Of a stretch of DNA of 64,000 nt, positions 61,587 through 64,000 are shown piece by piece. The DNA is from Mobula hypostoma. Lineage: Eukaryota. The notes under the pieces are model-generated. The model was not told where the DNA came from and did not search any database. It saw only the letters and a program-made list of their open reading frames with translations. Position numbers and translations under genes: made by a program. The stretch's first letter is position 1, and every line of letters starts with the position of its first letter. The DNA is taken from positions 35,280,001 to 35,344,000 of the forward strand of contig NC_086108.1 of NCBI RefSeq assembly GCF_963921235.1. Reading direction: 5' to 3'.

Positions 61587-62429
61587 GACTCCCAAGTCCC
61601 TTTGCACCTCAGATTTTTGGATTTTGTCTCATTTAAAAAAATAATCTGCACATTTATTTCTTCTACCAAAGTCCATGGCAATGCACTTTCCAACATTGAA
61701 TTTCATTTGCCACTTTCTTACCCATTCTCCTAAACTGTCTAAGCCTTCTGCAGCCGACCTGTTTCCTCAACACTACCTGCCCCTCCACCAATCTTTATAT
61801 TATCTGTAAACTGGCAACAAAGCCATCTATTCCATCATCTAACACATTGATATACAGCATAAAAGGAAGTGATTGTAAGTACTGAGAAAGAGAGAGAGAG
61901 AGAAATGTTTCTAGAACTGAATATAGAAAAGTTGGGTTGATGGAGTGATGAAGAATGTTGAGGAGACATGGAAGGAAATGATCAGAGATTTATTTTACAT
62001 AGTCATTGTCAGAGTAACCAGGCCCATGAAGTGCTGATGTTAAAGAAGCGGATGAGATGATGGACCAAAAGATCAGAAAGATTTATCGTAAAAATAATTG
62101 TATTCAGCAGCACAATTTTTTTTTAGTTTTCATGTGTGCTTTTCTCTTGAGAAAATACAAGAAATAATGCATATTACGGGAAATTTACTGTGACTCTGTT
62201 GGCGCAGAGCAGGCTGACAGGGTATTTTTTGAATCGGAAGTTCTGGTCTTTATCAGAGTTTGATTATATCACCACATGAATCTGCCTCATAAGGATTGTT
62301 ACTTCAGGCATTGGCAATAATAAAATCTGTGCGGGCGATTTTCGCCAGCAATTTTGAGCTCAAGTACCAAGCGTGAGATCTTATTTTGCTGTGACTGTGG
62401 GAAACCACAAAACGACAATGGTGGTAAGG

Positions 62430-62600
62430 GAGGCATGATTCAGAGTGATGTCACCACTCCTGATAGGAACAAATTATTGGCACATCACTTTTGTGTTTAT
62501 GGGAGCTTGCTGTGCACATTTTCTTCAAAAGTACAGTTGTGGTTGGTATTCATGACTCCGAGAGGTTACGGAAGGGTCTTCATAAAGGCAAGACCCTCAT
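62430..62600 (+). mobile_element. Deu-domain SINE relic
   Basis: catcac..ttgtgtttatgggagcttgctgtgcaca...cttcaaaagtac...gagaggtta.ggaaggg...ataaaggcaag. Confidence 0.55.
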
Positions 62601-62914
62601 TTTATGTTGCCCTAATATACTTCTTCCCACTGTCGCAGCCTCTGAGGACACGTACTCCAATGCAGTGTTGTGTGTGGACAAAGTACAGACAACAATGACA
62701 CAGATAAAGTTGCCGAGAATCCAAAGCAACTAATGATAGGTAAAAATGTTCAAAAACCTTCACTTTTCATGGCACTTCTAGTGGATTTGATGCGATTAAA
62801 GCCCACATTAAAGCACCTTCAAATATTATGGGTGGTGGAAATGAATTTCGCCACACTTCACTGAACATACTAAAGCTTAGTACAATGACAAATAATGAGA
62901 AACAATAATGTTAA

Positions 62915-64000
62915 GAACATAGAACAGAGAACAGTACAGCACAGGACAGGCCCTTCGGCCCACAATTTGGTGCTAACCAATTACATTAGTTCTCAAATGG
63001 CCAACTAAACTAATCCCTTCCGCCTACACTGTCCATGTCCTTCTATTCATGTGCCTATCTAAAGGTTTCATAAAAATGTATCTGCATCTAACAGCACCCC
63101 AAGCAATCCAGGCACCCACCACTCTGTGTAAAATACTTGCCCCTCACATCCCCTATGAATTTGCGATGAACTTGGACTCCCAGATCCCTCTGCTCAACAA
63201 CAATATTAAGGGTCTTTCCCTTACATATGACTTACCAAGGTGCAACACTTCACATTTGGCTGGGTGAAACTCCATCTGCCAATTTTCCACCCATACCTAC
63301 AACTGATCTATATCCCACTGTATACTTTGCTAGTCTTCTACGATATCCACAGCACCATCAGTGTTCTTATCATCTGCAAAGTTACTAACCAACCTATCTA
63401 AATTTTCATCCATGTAATTTATATGCATTACTAACAGCAGTGGTCCTAATACAGATCCCTGTGGAATACCATTAATCACAGGCCTCCAGCTAGAATAAGT
63501 ATCTTCAACCACTACCATCTGTCTTCTACGGTCAAGCCAATGCTGAATCCAAACGGCCAATTCACAATGGATCCCATGCATCTTAATCTTCTGGCTGAGC
63601 TTCTCATGAAGGATCTTATCAAATGCCTTACTAAAATCTATGTGGATAACATCCACAGCTCTACCTTCACCAATCACCCTTGACACCTTGTCAAAAAATT
63701 CAGTCAAGTTAGAAAGTCACGACTTGCCCCAAACAAAATCATGATGGTTCTTCCTAATTAGGCCATGGTTTTCTAAATGTTCATAAATCCTATCCCTAAA
63801 AATTTTCTCTAGTAACTTCCCAACCACTGATGTGAAACTCACTGGTCTATAAAATCCAGTATTATCTCTTGTTCCATTCTTGGATAATGGAGCAGCATTA
63901 GCTACTCACCAGTTCGCCTGGACCTTGCCAGTGGCTAGAGAGGATGAAAAGATATTGGTCAGGTTCTGAGCAATTTCATTTCTTGTCTCTCTCAGTATCC
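62915..64000 (-). mobile_element. CR1 LINE RT + 3'UTR, running off the window end
   Basis: VDVIHIDFSKAFDKI, GIPQGSVLGP, FADD; catagaacagagaacagtacagcacaggacaggcccttcggcccac tail. Confidence 0.92.

Larger units (their letters stand above)
58830..61872 (-). mobile_element. CR1 LINE 3' part carrying three nested insertions
   Basis: Tail ataagactatgagatgtgggagcag at ~58830; RKANAMLAFISRG..LVRPHLEY at 60361-60500; the LGEWVRKWQMKFN and KFADN region at 61600-61870. Confidence 0.88.

Noticed and set aside
62280..62870. ORFs 62354-62698, 62491-62733 and 62670-62864 as a host gene
   Set aside because: No recognisable domain, partly overlapping a SINE relic, and the minus-strand frames are closed.

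Overview
Eukaryotic, repeat-saturated genomic DNA with no recognisable host protein-coding exon, rRNA, true tRNA or CRISPR. The repeat content (HE1-like V-SINEs, Rex1/Babar, CR1, Penelope and RTE families) suggests an intronic or intergenic region of a cartilaginous fish (shark or ray); this is inference. Nearly every ORF in the track that resembles a protein is a decayed transposon fragment. These include Rex1/Babar, CR1, L1, Tx1, L2-like and RTE LINEs, Penelope-like elements, three Gypsy LTR retrotransposon remnants, solo LTRs, a TIR/TSD-bounded Charlie/Buster hAT transposon, MITEs and several SINE families. The most interesting signal is RNA-structural. About ten minimal hammerhead-ribozyme motifs lie in Penelope terminal repeats. 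Two catalytically complete copies sit on opposite strands of a 1-kb TSD-flanked fold-back element (45539-46598), and two ~200-bp hairpin elements carry the motif at their apex (3081-3272, 56900-57126). Also seen: a twin-primed, 5'-inverted L1; a self-priming-type Gypsy; a SINE/RTE LINE pair sharing a 3' tail; a 78-bp possibly locally templated insertion; and an unexplained 77-bp near-perfect palindrome. Family names come from motif recognition by eye, not database searches, and boundaries of old elements are approximate.
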